This document shows, piece after piece, positions 28,086-41,550 of a stretch of 64,000 nucleotides of DNA (position 1 is the stretch's first letter; the number at the start of each line of letters is the position of its first letter). The notes beneath the pieces were generated by a model. That model saw only the letters and a program-made list of their open reading frames with translations. It had not been told where the DNA came from and did not search any database. The position numbers and the translations under genes were made by a program. Origin of the DNA: Carcharhinus amblyrhynchos. Taxonomy: Eukaryota. The stretch is from positions 22,940,001 to 23,004,000 of the forward strand of contig OZ336895.1 of the NCBI GenBank assembly GCA_965287045.1, read 5' to 3'.

Positions 28086-30177
28086 CCCTCACTATTCCCC
28101 AAAGGGTAAAACAGTGTGGGTGTGAAGATACACCAAAATAAAATAGAATATTTCAGCCTCCTTATACAAGTTAACCACTTCTGTTCTGGCTTGCATGTGG
28201 CCTCTTAAGTATCCTGCTCTTTTCTGGAAGTGCCAATGAAGCAACACTCTGAAGGGTGTGGAGCATAGGACTGGGAACCAACTACATCATCTATTAGACT
28301 CAGTCACTCAGTCCTGAAATGGAAAGCAGACTTCCGGCTAAAATCATGCATCAGATCAAGCCCAAGATCAGGTGCAATGCCTTTTCCTGTCAGCTTGGAT
28401 CTTGTTTGTCTCTCTTGTGAGGACCATGAATTGGATTCAATTTGAATTTGATTTCTGGAACAAGCAACGAGTTGGATTCAAGTCTGCCCAGCCTACTCCG
28501 TGCATTGGCTTTGTAACTTTAAGAATGGAGTAAAAATTAAAACAAAAAAATTAAACCACAATGGGGTTCCATTCCATTACTTTCAGTTCAGTGTTTGTTT
28601 GTGAGATGGATAAACCTGTTGGGTCAATAAAACGATCTATCAGGCCACAGTACTACGAGCTTTTTTTTGTTTGCAATGGAAATCTGAAGAAGCTGTGCTA
28701 GAAGATGCTTGGCTGAAAGAAAACCCTTCATAAAATCCCTTTACAAAATCCAATCTCATTTGGTAAGATCACATTTTAATCATTATTGCATTTGCAATTA
28801 AATCCTTGAAGAAAGATCCATTTTATTGAACACCAACGCATCTTATGCATGTCCCTCAACAGTCAGTGCGCAAAGTTATGATAATGTGACCATTGCTGTT
28901 ATAAAATTGTAGAAAAAATATAATTGTAACATGTAATTTCCCATCATTTCCAATTTTCACACTGTTGTATCTTAGTTTAGTTTCATGAATTCAACCAGGC
29001 AATGCTCTCTCAGCTCAAGGTGACAGAGATGAACAGTGTCAAGGAACAGATACTTATGTCACAGTTCAAGTCTTTTCTGATGGATGTAGAAATTTACTCG
29101 GTGGGTAGTGTGCTTTTAGAACTTTTATGCAATATATTATATTGACTTACAAACGCAGACCCAAAGAAACAAATAAATTAAAGGCATGACAGTTTAAAAA
29201 GAAATCAAGGCCCCAGGGTTGAAATAGTTTCAGGAAGATCAAGCCAGGCTTGCGTTTAGAGTGAGTTTGTTTGGATTTACTGCCAACTGCATTTGGGTGG
29301 CCTTTCAATTTGTCTACTTAAGCCAACCCATTAATAAACAAAAGCAACAATGAAAAGGCACCACTATCTAACCACACCAAATAATTGAGAGGCCACTTCC
29401 AGCCAGCCCAGCCAAGGGGGTGGCCCTGTGACAGTCTGTTCAGCCGAGGCTGCCAGCATTTCAGCAAGAAAAAGTGAAACCTCCTTGCCTTTGGTCCTGC
29501 CACCGGGCAGGCTCCTGCAGAAGTCAGGGTCAAGAGCTAAGTCCTGTCCTTTTTACCCAGACAACTGGGGTCAAGAGCAGTGAACTGATTTTTGGTTTCA
29601 CAATATACAGAGACAGCTTAATAGACTGGCTCCTTTTTCAACGTAACACACATAGTTCAAATGAGCCTGGCCGTCACCCTTTTTTTTAAAGGGAGTTTAA
29701 CTGCCAAAACTTGAAGCCATGCCACTTTATAACACTCAAGACACACGGCATTCCTTTTTAGATCCCAAATAACAATTATTAATTCCACATCTGAAACAAC
29801 ACTTTACCAACATGACGTTACTGTATTTTTGAAACTCTGCGCATGACTGACTGAGGTTAAAGTGAAATATATGCAAGTAGTACAAAACTCCATGGTAGCA
29901 CTGCAATTTACCTTGAATGTAGTTTATACTATATTGTCCTGGTCGGGCCCCTATCATTCTTGTGTGTTGATTATGAACTCACGAGAAATGAATCTGTTAG
30001 TTTGAAAAGGGATATTGTAACTTTAGCAATTCATAACTAATTTTTTTAAAGCAAATAAAAACTGAAAATACTGGAAATCCGAAGGAAAATCAAATGCCAT
30101 ACTTGGAAGTCTGACAGCCAGTGAAAAGAAAAAAAACAAATTCATGCTTCAAATTTAGACCTCCCGTCAGAAAACAA

Positions 30178-31575
30178 AGGGTAGAATTTTCTCTTCCTGC
30201 CCATGACGGCAACAGCGGAGAATCTAGGAGCCAAAAAGTCAGAAAACGGCCACTGTAAAATCACAGCGCAATTTTTCCATTTATGTGCATCTCGTGAATG
30301 CTCATTCAAACCGCTGCCTGCCATCAGGCCTTCCAATCCTGCGTCAGTCCATGTTAGAAATCACATCCGCATAAAACCCAATTGCTGAAGAGGCGGTGTG
30401 CACAAGTCAGTTGGCAAGCGATTTTGAGATGAGTACAACAATACTTTCTGTTATAGTGCTGCACTGCCCCTGATGCATTGTACACCACTCTGCCAAAGAA
30501 GACCTCCATGCCGAACTTGTCTTCATGGACAGCACTGTGCTGCTGAACTCATGAACTCTCCTGTGTCACCGAGTCAGATCAGCACAGCGCTTGGGGCTGA
30601 GACTGTAGGGGCCTCCTCCCTGATTGTGCCACACGCCAATATCTGTTTGGACAGCAGTGCGCTGTGGGAATCATGCAGCCACCACAACAGAGGTCCAAAT
30701 TTCAAACAGGAGTAGAGTGCGAGGTGAGGTGTGGGGGGGTTGCTGACAAAGACAAAGGGGGCAATGAGGAAGGAGGGCTGTGCAAGGAGAGAACCAAGTG
30801 AAGGGTCATTATGTCAGACAGAGGGACAAGGAGGTGATGAATAAATGTGAATAATGGAAGACCAAGGGAAGGGTAGCTGGACCCTGACAAAGCTGCATGA
30901 AAAGCTCATAAACAAGGGGTCAAAGAGATACCACATCATTTACTGGAAGAGGATGACTGAACGCTCCAGATGCAGTGAGTAGATGCCCAAGAGGTACGTA
31001 GCGCCTCATTGGTGATGGACATGGAAGTTGGTTGAACCGAGGAACAGGTTTCTCTTGAGACTGTGAGTCTTTTACCTCTGGGTTACCGACATTCTCCACG
31101 GTCTGGTTAAAACAGCTGGGCTGGAGAGAGTGATATGAGTATGCTGGACTGGTGTTAAAAAATGGTGCTGGGACCATTAAACCTGTCAGCTGAAGGTGGG
31201 CAGCTGAATCCATTGCCAGCCCACCAGGCGTTTCAGAGAGGAACTGTCTATGCATAATTCATGAGATTCCTAACACAGAATTTGGCATGGTATCAAACCA
31301 TTTACTGCTTTGAGTTCATCATCAATATTAACTGTTTACAGAGAGTATCAGCTCTGATCTAAGCGTGCATGGAAGGGCGAACTTAACTTCATCCGCCCCT
31401 CCCCACCCCACCCCACCCAGGAACAAGCTGGGATGTGATGAGCTTTGGGGGTTGAGTTGCAGAATCAAGAGGGAAAACAGGATAGTGTTGTGTCCATCGC
31501 CTTCCCAACTATCCCCAATTAAGGTAGATGGCGGGAAGTTGAGGATGGCTTTCCACCCAGAGGTCAACTGTGGCC
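30178..31575. mobile_element. Degenerate GC-richer DNA-transposon-derived segment(s)
   Basis: Starts GGGTAGAATTTTC (TIR-like); composition and internal motifs resemble the other MITEs; no intact ORF. Confidence 0.35.
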
Positions 31576-33427
31576 AATTGAGTCATGCGTAAGAAAAAAA
31601 GCACACTTGAAGAGGGGGCTAGATATTCCTCCTTGCGTTCAAAGTTCAATCTCTCTACTAAATGATCAGATGGTCTTTTTTACAGCAATAGACTCATATC
31701 ATTCTATATCTCGACTAGTACAATAGTTAAGGATGCAATAATGAATTATCCTCGTGATCTGGATCGGATATGCACGCACACACTAACATTGGATAAAGCA
31801 AGATCTGATTTGAATCATTAAGCTGCCTTTGTAAACAATAAAGTGAAAGCACAAGGCAATAGGTGTAATCAGATTCACTTTGTTCAATTGATAGAACTAA
31901 TCTCCACATAATGACGTAAAAATAATGAACATGCTTTGCTACACCACTTCAGTCGGTTGTCTTGCGTGACTTAAACAGAGAATTCCCCTACAACCTAATT
32001 TTTTGAGCTTGCCTTTTTCTGGGGGCTTTCTGCCTCATTAGCTTCTCTACTGGCAAAGCTCAACTGCTGTTTAGGTGTCTGACATTCTGCTTTCTTCCTA
32101 GCCACTCAGCCAGAAGAAGTTCAGAAACTTTCTGAAACAATGGGTGCAAGGTGCTTTACTTATTATTTATAGCCTATGAAGAAATAACTTCAAAGCTACT
32201 ATTCTAGGTACCATCTAAGACACCCCGTTTTTAAAATAGTTACTATGCTTTTGAAACATAACCTCTAAAGTAATTCAGTGATAAAATGATCAAAGGATCC
32301 CAAACTGAAACAATAAAGGAGCTATAAAAGAGTTCTCAATCATGGAGTGAACTCTCAGCTTCTCCAGAATTGTCATTGAAAATATATATCAATACTTACG
32401 GTGAAAATTAACTCTATTGATTTATCAACTTATCTTCACTTTGTTCTCTGTTGTGTTTTCTATGTAAGCAAACATAGGGAACTAGACTACTCAGCATTCT
32501 TACTTGGGTAGTTTGATATCACAGGCAGATTACAACAACAAATTGATCTAATTGGCTAAGAAAGTGGGCATTAACATGTGATAAAAGGGTATATTGCTAA
32601 ACTAAGCTTAATAGATCCAAAGTGTGTTATTAAACAGCCTTTAATGGTTGGCACTTGCTAATATCCTATCAGTCCAGTAACGATTATGTTCTAGTACAGT
32701 TTATGCTTGATTAGGACCTTGGCTCTTGCTTATTGCTCTAATTGACTCTCTGGGCATGGGCAGTATTTTACCTATGGCATGTTGTTCCCGCCTGTGGAAC
32801 CAGAAATAGGTGGTACTTCCACTCTTTGTTTTTTGCTGCTCCTATGCAATTCAAATAAAATTCGAAGTGCCAGTGGTGGGTACAGCAAGACATGTGCAAT
32901 CACATGCCAGTGGAAGTTTTTCATAAGTGAAACTCACCATCGGCTAACAATGCAGCAGGCTTGAGCAGATTAACTTCTGGATAGGCAGGCACAGGCATAA
33001 CCTAGCTGCCAAGTACCAGTACACATCATTTATGTTGCCTTCCCTAGATGGTTGCATCCTGATCAACCACCCCTCTGGTGTTGTGGCCTCTTTTGTTGAC
33101 TGGCAAGAGCCCTCCTTTTTCACAACTTCTCCTCCTACTCCTGAGGTTGAAGGAGTATTGAATATATGAGAGCCATTGATATTCCAGCAATTAATCTGTT
33201 TGAATAAGGCAGACACTGAGGTAAACACATGTGTCACCAGGAGGATGGAACTCCATTGCACTGATGAGCAGTGAGATTTTCAACTCCTTCCACCATCCAT
33301 GATCAAAACTTCACTCACCACATACCAGGCTCCTCACACTTCAAACTTCAATCCTGGAACCACACATGCTTTTGGTCATTGTAACATTTTCAATAGAAGC
33401 TGTTACCTCCAACTTTTTCCTGACATT

Positions 33428-33428
<1 letters not shown>

Positions 33429-33488
<60 letters not shown>
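33429..33488. repeat. (AC)30 microsatellite
   Basis: Perfect dinucleotide run of 60 bp. Confidence 0.98.
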
Positions 33489-33491
<3 letters not shown>

Positions 33492-34157
33492 AACCATCAT
33501 GCACTACTGACTTCATCCTGAAGGTACTACTAAATTACAAAAAGTGTTAATAATAATAAGCATTCACTGTATGCAAATTTATTACAAGTAGGAACATAGA
33601 GGTAGCATGAGGCCTGACCCACCGTTGCCACATTGTTCAATCTCCGCACTTTAACCTGCCACAGGGAAACTAAAAGCTTGGTTCCCGCCTACTTAAATCA
33701 TCCCGCCTATCACATTATCCACTCTTATGGGCCCCATAAGGTGTTCCACTCTGTCTTCAAATCTACTATTAGAATCTCCTGGTACATGCACTATCACACA
33801 AAATGTAGCTTTTTGTCTCAGCCAGCCGATTGTGTACAACGTTAATAGCAGCTAGCATTATCAACATTAGACTAAGTGAAAAGCATGTGGGTGTTTGGGA
33901 CACCAGCTCAACAGCATGTCAATGACAGCTACATGCCAGCATAAGGTGAGGATAGATAACCAGTCACAAAAGTTGAGAAGCCTGCTGCTCTGAAAGTCCC
34001 CAATTGCAGGCAATAAATACAAAATGATTACAAAGCAGAATTTTCAAAGCTGTCAAATGAGAACTGACAATCTGAAGAATACAACATTAAGCATGTCAAA
34101 TGGAAAGGGCAATTCCAAATTATTTGCTTCAACTCTTATCAATTGGATACATATATT

Positions 34158-34461
34158 AGTTTATTTATTTATGTCACAAGTAGACTTGCATTAACACTGA
34201 AATGACGTTACTGTGGAAATCCCCCAGTCGCCACACTCTGGCGCCCATTCAGATACACTAAGGGAGAATTTAGCACGGCCAATGCATCTAACCACCATGT
34301 CTCTTGGTCTGCAGGATGAAACCGGAGCACTAAGAAAAAACCCACGCAGACACGGGAAGAGCGTGCACACTCCGCACAGACAGTGACCCAAGCCAGAAAT
34401 TGAATCTAGGTCCCTGGCACTGTGAGGCAGCAGCGCTCACCATTGTGCCATCATGCTGCCC
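34158..34461 (-). mobile_element. HE1-type SINE, alternative-tail subfamily
   Basis: rc head GGGCAGCATGATGGCACAATGG, V core, tail CAGTGTTAATGCAAGTCTACTTGTGACATAAATAAATAAAC. Confidence 0.9.
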
Positions 34462-35275
34462 TGGGTTCAACAGTCAAAGCCAGCTGAATTGATCAAACTG
34501 CCACGTGGACACTGCTATTTGGTTAACTGATACATCAACAACTGTTGCTACCCGAGCTAACTGTGAAGTATTCTAGTTCTGAGTTACTTAATTTATTCAC
34601 AGTAAGCCACACACTCAAGAATCTGCATCAGATAGATCAATATCTGCAGATATCTTTTTGCAAGAATGCTAATGAAATCTAACGGCAGGTATGAGACTGA
34701 AGATTTGATTAATATTGACCACTATTCTGTGCCAGCTCCGTGTTCCTTTGTTGGCTGGTGCCACTATTTTAAGTTCAGTGATTATTATGTTCCCATCATC
34801 ATCCCTTGGGATACCAGCTAGGAACATAAGGATTCTTCATATTTTGAAAAATTAAAAACCAGTTTATAATGGAATAGATATTATGGTCAAATCAGTTTCA
34901 AAAATACACAATTATTTTCTCAAACTTAATACGTTATAATGCAAAGTATTACTTTGCAATAAAATTACATCTAACAGAAGATTTTTTTTAGAAGTTGTAT
35001 TATAACTCTCTTTCTCCCATCTGCCAGCCCCACTCAGATCCAAGGATGACATTGCAGCTTCCTTATCCCTCAATCAAGTTCAGACCATTCAAATACTAAC
35101 CCCATTCTGTTTCGAAGCTACTGTGAGATCTTAGTGCTGAAACTCCAGTCTTCATTTTTCTGGCTCTATTCTTATCTGTCCATTCTTAACCAGAAAATCA
35201 CCTGCATTGACTTCCTTTGCAAGAAGTCTCACAACATTAGGTTAAAGTCCAAAAGATTTACTTGGTAGCACAAGC

Positions 35276-35310
35276 CACAAGCTTTCTGAGCACTACCCCT
35301 TCATCAGGTG
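35276..35310 (-). ncRNA. Minimal hammerhead ribozyme motif (Penelope pLTR), degenerate
   Basis: rc CAC-CTGATGA-AGGGGTAGTGCTCA-GAAA-GCTT-GTG; stem II is imperfect. Confidence 0.6.
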
Positions 35311-36614
35311 AGTCGGAGTTCTGTTCACAAACACAGCATATAAAGACACAAACTCAATTTACAAAATAATGGTTGGAATGCGAGTCTTTACAGGTAATCA
35401 AGTCTTAAAGGTACAGGCAATGGGAGTGGAGAGAGGGCTAAGCACAGGTTAAAGAGATGTGTATTGTCTCCAGCCAGGACAGTTAGTGAGATTTTGCAAG
35501 CCCAGGCAAGTCATGGGGGTTATAGATAGTGTGACATGAACCCAACATCCCGGTTGAGGCTGTCCTCATGTGTGCGGAACTTGACCATCAGTCTCTGCTC
35601 AGCAACTCTGCGTTGTTGTGTGTCACGAAGGCCGCACTGAAGAACACTTACCCGAAGATCAGAAGTCAAATGCCCATGACCGCTGAAGTGTTCCCCAACA
35701 GGAAGAGAACACTCTTGCCTGGTGATTGTCAAGTAGTGTTCATTCATCCATTGTTATAGCGTCTGTATGGTCTCCCCTATGTACCACTGGGACATCCTCT
35801 CCTGCAGCGTAAAGGGTAGACAACGCTGGCCCAGTTACAAGTGTATGTACCATGTACCTGGTGAATGGTGTTCTCATGGGAGATGATGGCATCCATGTCG
35901 ATGATCTGGCACGCCTTGCAGAGGTTGCTACGGCAGGGTTGTGTGGTGTTGTGGTCACTGTTCTCCTGAAGGCTGGGTAGTTTGCTGTGGACAATGGTCT
36001 GTTTGAGGTTGTGCAGTTGTTTGAAGGCAAGAAGTGGGGGTGTGGGGTTGGCCTTGGCGAGATGTTCATCTTCATCAATGACATTTTGAAGGCTCCAGAG
36101 AAGATGTCTCCGGAGCTGCTGCAGGAAAGGATGTCCTGAGGCATGGTACACTGGGAAGACCATTCAGATGCTACAAGGACGAATGAATGAACACCACTCA
36201 ACAATCACCAGGCAAGAGTGTTTCCTTCCTGTTGGGGAACACTTCAGCGGTCACAGGCATTTGACCTCTGATCTTCAGGTAAGCGTTCTTCAAGATGGCC
36301 TCACGACACACAACAGTGCAGAGTCGCTGAGCGGAGACTGATGGCCAAGTTCTGCACACGAGGACAGCCTCAACTGGGATCTTGGGGTCATGTCACACTA
36401 TCCGTAACCCACACGACTTGCCAGGGCTTGCAAAATCTCACTCATTTCCTGGCTGAAGACAATACACATCTCTTTAGCCTGTGCTTAACCCTCTCTCCAC
36501 TTCCATTGTCTGTACCTTTAAGACTTGATTATCTGCAAAGACTCACGTTCCAGCCATTATCTTGTAAATTGAGTTTGTGTCTTTATATGCCCTTTTGTGA
36601 ACAGACCTCCCACT

Positions 36615-36649
36615 CACCTGATGAAAGGGCAGCGCTCTGAAAGCTTGTG
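36615..36649 (+). ncRNA. Minimal hammerhead ribozyme motif (Penelope pLTR)
   Basis: CAC-CTGATGA-A-AGGGC-AGC-GCTCT-GAAA-GCTT-GTG: core boxes, 5-bp stem II, palindromic AGCT stem III, CAC/GTG stem I. Confidence 0.75.
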
Positions 36650-36949
36650 GCTTGTGCTACCAAGTAAACCTATTGGACTTTAACCTGGTGCTGTGAGACT
36701 TCTTGCTGTGCTTACCCCAGTCCAACGCTGGCATCTCCACATCTGACTTCCTTTCCCACTCCTGCATAATCCACTGAGTTTCCTCTGGTGTCCCCTGAAG
36801 ATCTATGCTTACCTTGTATTTCTTACTTAAATGCTGCCCCTCATAGAAACATATCAGGTTCAACATGCATGCTGGTGACACCCCAACCCTACCTTCCAAC
36901 AATCTCTCTTGACCCCCTCCACTATCTTTAAATTATCAAACTGCTTCTA

Positions 36950-37748
36950 TAACATCCAATATTGAACAAAGAGAAATTCCTTTCAATTGAACATTGGGAA
37001 GACCAAAGGCATTGACTTCAGTCCTCACCATAAACACCATCCCTCTTCCTGGAACTGCACAATCCTAAACCAGACTGTTTTTGATCTTGGTGTTGTATTT
37101 TACCCTGAAATGAGGTTCTGACCACAATGTCCACAGCTACCTCAATTCAGGTGCTGCTCAAACCCTCATCCATACCTCTGTTATCTCTCGATTTGATGAT
37201 TTTAACAAACTTCTAGCCAGCCTTATACCTTCCAACCCCATAATCTCTTGGTCTTCCAAATCTCTTCAAATCCAAACTTGGACCAAGTTGCATTTACTCA
37301 TCAGCCTTATGTTTGCCAATCTACATTGGTGCTCAAGTAAGTAACTCTTCCTTCCTTGCTTTCAAATCTTTGTTTTCAAATCTCCATAAGGCCTCACCCT
37401 TCTCTACCTCCGCTACCTCCACCAGCCCAACAATCCTACAAGATTTCAGCACTAGTCCAACTCCTGGGTCTTATGCATTCCAAATTTGAACTGCCACACC
37501 ACTGACAACTGTGCCTTCAGTTATCAATGTCCTAAGCTCTGGAATTCACACCCTAAACATCTCCAACTTCTCTCTTTCTTCCTTGAAGACACTATTTGAA
37601 ACAGACCCTTTTTTCTAAACTATTGGTCACTGCCATAACATCTCCTTAGATGACTTGGTATCAAAATTTAATTGAAAATACTCCCATGAAGCCCCTTGGG
37701 GTGATTTTGCTACATTCAAGACGTTATATAAATGCAAGAAGTTGTTGT
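36950..37748 (+). mobile_element. Decayed L2 LINE 3' end
   Basis: LQLNIGKTK, LIH--V-SR-D and LHW remnants; terminus GACGTTATATAAATGCAAGAAGTTGTTGTT. Confidence 0.75.
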
Positions 37749-39877
37749 TCACTAAAATGCAGATGTGAATATAATTTTTTTCATGACTACCTAACTACCA
37801 AAAGATGCGATGATGAGCATAATCCGAACCACCCATCTCTGCCAGCCCTCCTAGCGTGTAGCGGTATAAGTTTGATCAAGCAAAGAAGGGACAGATCAGT
37901 GTTATACAACAATCCATAAATTTGGTTAAATCTGTTTAAAACTTGCCAATGGAAACAGTGTTTGTAGATAACTGGTACTGTAGTCTTACTTCATTTTCTA
38001 CCTGCCTGAATTGTTTCTGAGGCAAAACCAATTCTCGCTATCCCCATGGTTTCCTGTGCCCAGGTTCTGCAATATTACTTCTGACGAGACACATCGATAC
38101 AGCTGAAACATGATCAATATGTTCTGAATCAGTAACTTGATCTAGTACACACAGTACCTGATGTAAAGCCAGCAGCTGCTCCTGCCATTTACTGTAGCAA
38201 AGCCATGTGATTTCTTGTTCAACAATCTACGGTACTTGTCAATTTCATAAACACAAAATGAGCTGACTGGAGATCTAGACAAAGGGCCCTAAGAAAATAA
38301 TGGCTGGAGATAAAGGAACTTAAAAAATATTGATAAGCATGAATCCAGTACAGAGAACGAAAGGGAAGACAGGGGCTGACTTTAACTATTACTGTTCTGG
38401 CATATAGTTCCACTGGAAACCATTAAGTATGAGAAGAACATCGCACCAAAGCATTAAGCGATAATGTCAACATCACAAATAATCAATTCAGCTAATACCT
38501 CTTCCAGCACACCTGGAAAAGTTGGATGTTCTTGTAACTTGCACATTACTTAAATCATTCACAGCTTCTCCCTGTTAAGTAAGCTACAATTTCCCACGAT
38601 TTGTCCAAGAAGAAATCAATAGTCCAGAGACTGCTGCCGGAGTAACAGTAAAACTAATGGTGCTCATCATTATTCATGTAAAAATGCTACAGCAACTTCA
38701 GATAAGGGGCAGATGCATGGATAAACTCAAATTTCCAAACTGCTTCATGCAAATACCATCTTACTCTCTACCTTATCATTAAGATGAGTCAAATGGTAGG
38801 AAGTCACTGTATTTGCACAGTAAATACAAGTTGGACCCATGCCAAAAAGTTAAAAAGCCTCAACCATTTTGTCAACCACTGGTACGAAATTTAACTATTA
38901 TGGCTGTGGAGATTCATTCTTCTAAGTTATCATTGTTGTTGGAGATTTTAGAAACATTTGTATACTTTTCCTTTACTTCTATCGTTTTATTCCAATTTTT
39001 TTAAAAATTCTCCTTTTGTACTTGATGTGGCACTGAATTCACCCAGTCTCATTTACACCTCCTTTGCTACCCTTGCACTGTTTATTTCACAATTCTTCAA
39101 TCTGATTGGTTAAAGAGATACATAAATCTTTGCCCTGTGAAGTCTGATCTCAGTATGCTCTTACTGAAACTTTATCAATTCACATTTTCAGCAACTTGGA
39201 ATACAAACATTTAAAAATCCGACTATCACAGGCAAATATAACTGACAGCAGAACTGGTAAATGCCCTGCTGCAATATGATCTGAGCCAATATCCATTAAA
39301 ATTAATTTTTGTTTAAAGAGCAGTCTTGTCCTTGGTCTTCTACCTTTTGAATATTGAAAAAAGTGTTGTGAATGTACAGAATATGCCGATGACTTGCATT
39401 CTGCTGAGAGCTTTCTATTTCTTGTACCCAGAGTTATTTCCAAAGTTCAAACATCCTTTTTATATAAATTCATATCCTGGCACATACTTGAACAAAGCAA
39501 ATCTTTTGGACAGCACTTGACATTTTTAAAAATCTTCTGCGCCACTGAATTAAACTTAAGTCTCATTTGAAATCAAATTCATAAGAGTGAATATTATTAT
39601 CCCACTACTACTCGCTATTGACAATATGGCCAACTCAAAACTAATTTTTGCCATGCACCACTTGTGTAACATTTCAGATTTTGGAGTGTTGCTCAGTCCT
39701 TTTTGCCAAATGAATATATATGTTTTGTAAATGTACTCTTGCCTCAATGTTGTACCCCTTCCAACACTTTCATGTTCTGTTTTTAAGCTGAACACTGATT
39801 AATCTTTTCTATCCCTGTTGCAACTCAACCTAATAGCTGAGATGCTGCGTTTTACATCTGAACTCTCTGGCAGATGT

Positions 39878-40185
39878 GGGCGGCACGGTGGCACAGTGGA
39901 TAGCAATGCAGCCTCATAGTGCCAGGGACCTGGCTCGATTCCTGGCTTCGGTCAGTGTGTGGAATTTGCACATCCTCCCTGTGTCTATGTGGGTTTCCTC
40001 TGGGGGCTGCAATTTCCTCCCACAGTCAAAAAATGTGCTCGTTAGGTGCATTGGCTATGCCAAATTTTCCCTCAGTGTACCCAAACAGGTGCCTGAGTGT
40101 GGCAACTAGGGGGATTTCACAATAACTTCATTGCAATGTTAATGTAAGCCTATTTGTGACCAAAAAATAAACTTTATTTTACTTT
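39878..40185 (+). mobile_element. HE1-type SINE, alternative-tail subfamily
   Basis: GGGCGGCACGGTGGCACAGTGG head, V core, tail CCCTCAGTGTACCCAAACAGG...GTTAATGTAAGCCTATTTGTGAC...AATAAAC. Confidence 0.92.
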
Positions 40186-41419
40186 ATACTTGTCCAATGA
40201 AGTATTGTGTTGAATTATCTCAGTTTACAGATTGAAAACATTCATATTACCCAAATTTGAAACACTAACTGTCAGGAATAATATTTGGGGACTTGATGAT
40301 CTCAATTGTACTGGTTATTCCATAAGAAAAATCTATGGATTAGCCAAAGGCACCATGCAACTCTGACAGTAGTGCCTGCTAACTCTATAATAGTTGGTTA
40401 ATAGCATGGAACAGGATGGCCAGAATTAGATCCAAGGTGCCTGGCAGGGTTTTTGTTGATTTCAGTAGTTCAGCGGTACTTCCAGTGAACTATCTGCAGT
40501 TGTGGATCAAGTCCCAAGATGGCCTGTCACTCCAATCCATTGTTTGAGTAGAGGATTACTTTTGTCATTTCTCACCAAATGCACCAAAGTGAAAGCTTAT
40601 GGCAGGATCCCTTAACGAAGAAGTTAAAGTTGGCTCCCCACACTGTGAGCATTGAGGATTCCAGAGACTAGGCTATCCTTGCTTCCAAGCTGTGGGAGGC
40701 TGCAGGGAAATGAGCTGATCCTGCAAAGGAAGTATTAAAAATAAAGAGTGAAGGAATTTAGGATTAGAATAAAGTAAAACTAAAATGTATGCTCAACTCC
40801 AGAACCTGCCAGATAATTCATATTTGTCTGTGTCAAAATATTTAACTTTCTTTGAGGAACTGCAGGTGCAGATTAACACTTCTTATTCTAGGACTGTATC
40901 CAATCAATTGCTCCAGCAAAAATCCAGCTTCATTTGCCAATGCAATTCAACTCCTTTGGAGGCATTCCTCAGTCTGGAGATTAACTATTATCCTGTAGTT
41001 GGCATGTTGGAACCAGCTATGCAATATCTGTGATATTCATTTAAATGGAGACACAGTCACACACAAAGGGAATTTCACTAAATTAACAAGCCTGAAATTA
41101 AAGATGATTCAAAACTGCAACTCCTGTAATAAAAGTATCTCTTGAAAATGGGAGTGCCAAATTGCCTCCATTGGACCATAGTATAAAGAATAAGCTACTC
41201 TAAAAATGCTTATTTTTTGTATGGGGAAATATAATAAATTAACTACCATGAATTTATTTCATACTGTTTTAAATGAAAGTGAAAACTATGTCCAACTATT
41301 GTTTTGCAAACTAATGTAATGACAAACCAAACTCAAAGAAAGAGCTGAAGAATGCAGAAAATAGTATTGGAGAAAGACACACTATTTTCTTTAGAATTTT
41401 CTAAGTTAAATAGAAAATT

Positions 41420-41550
41420 GTAGAGGTTTTAGGACAGCCACACTCATCCGGAAACTGTAAAATCCCGCCCAAGGTCAACGAACCTTCCCATGTTCCACCC
41501 CTCGCCAGCTCCGATTCCTGTGGTGGGCAGGCCAGTAAAATTTCAGCCAA
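41420..41550. mobile_element. MITE (same family as 3327-3452)
   Basis: Shared AAAATCCC(G)CC..GTCAAC..TTCCCATG..CC..GATTCC..GGGCAGG..AAAATTT order. Confidence 0.6.

Larger units (their letters stand above)
35219..36743. mobile_element. Penelope-like retroelement (GIY-YIG), fold-back (inverted) insertion
   Basis: Minus arm encodes C--C / VVY---C and GIY-YIG C-terminal remnants (PVGEHFSGHGH...RVAEQRL); plus arm 36118-36743 repeats the 3' part in inverted orientation; 11-bp TSD TGACTTCCTTT (35208-35218, 36744-36754). Confidence 0.9.

Noticed and set aside
34751-34764. NFI autoregulatory site TTGGCTGGTGCCA
   Set aside because: Spacer is 4 nt, not the 5 required in TTGGC-N5-GCCAA. No perfect site was spotted by eye; a PWM scan is needed.
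38155-38228. Candidate NFI exon 3 (AG|AT...CAG|GTAC on the minus strand)
   Set aside because: In-frame TGA two codons in, and a poor pyrimidine tract.
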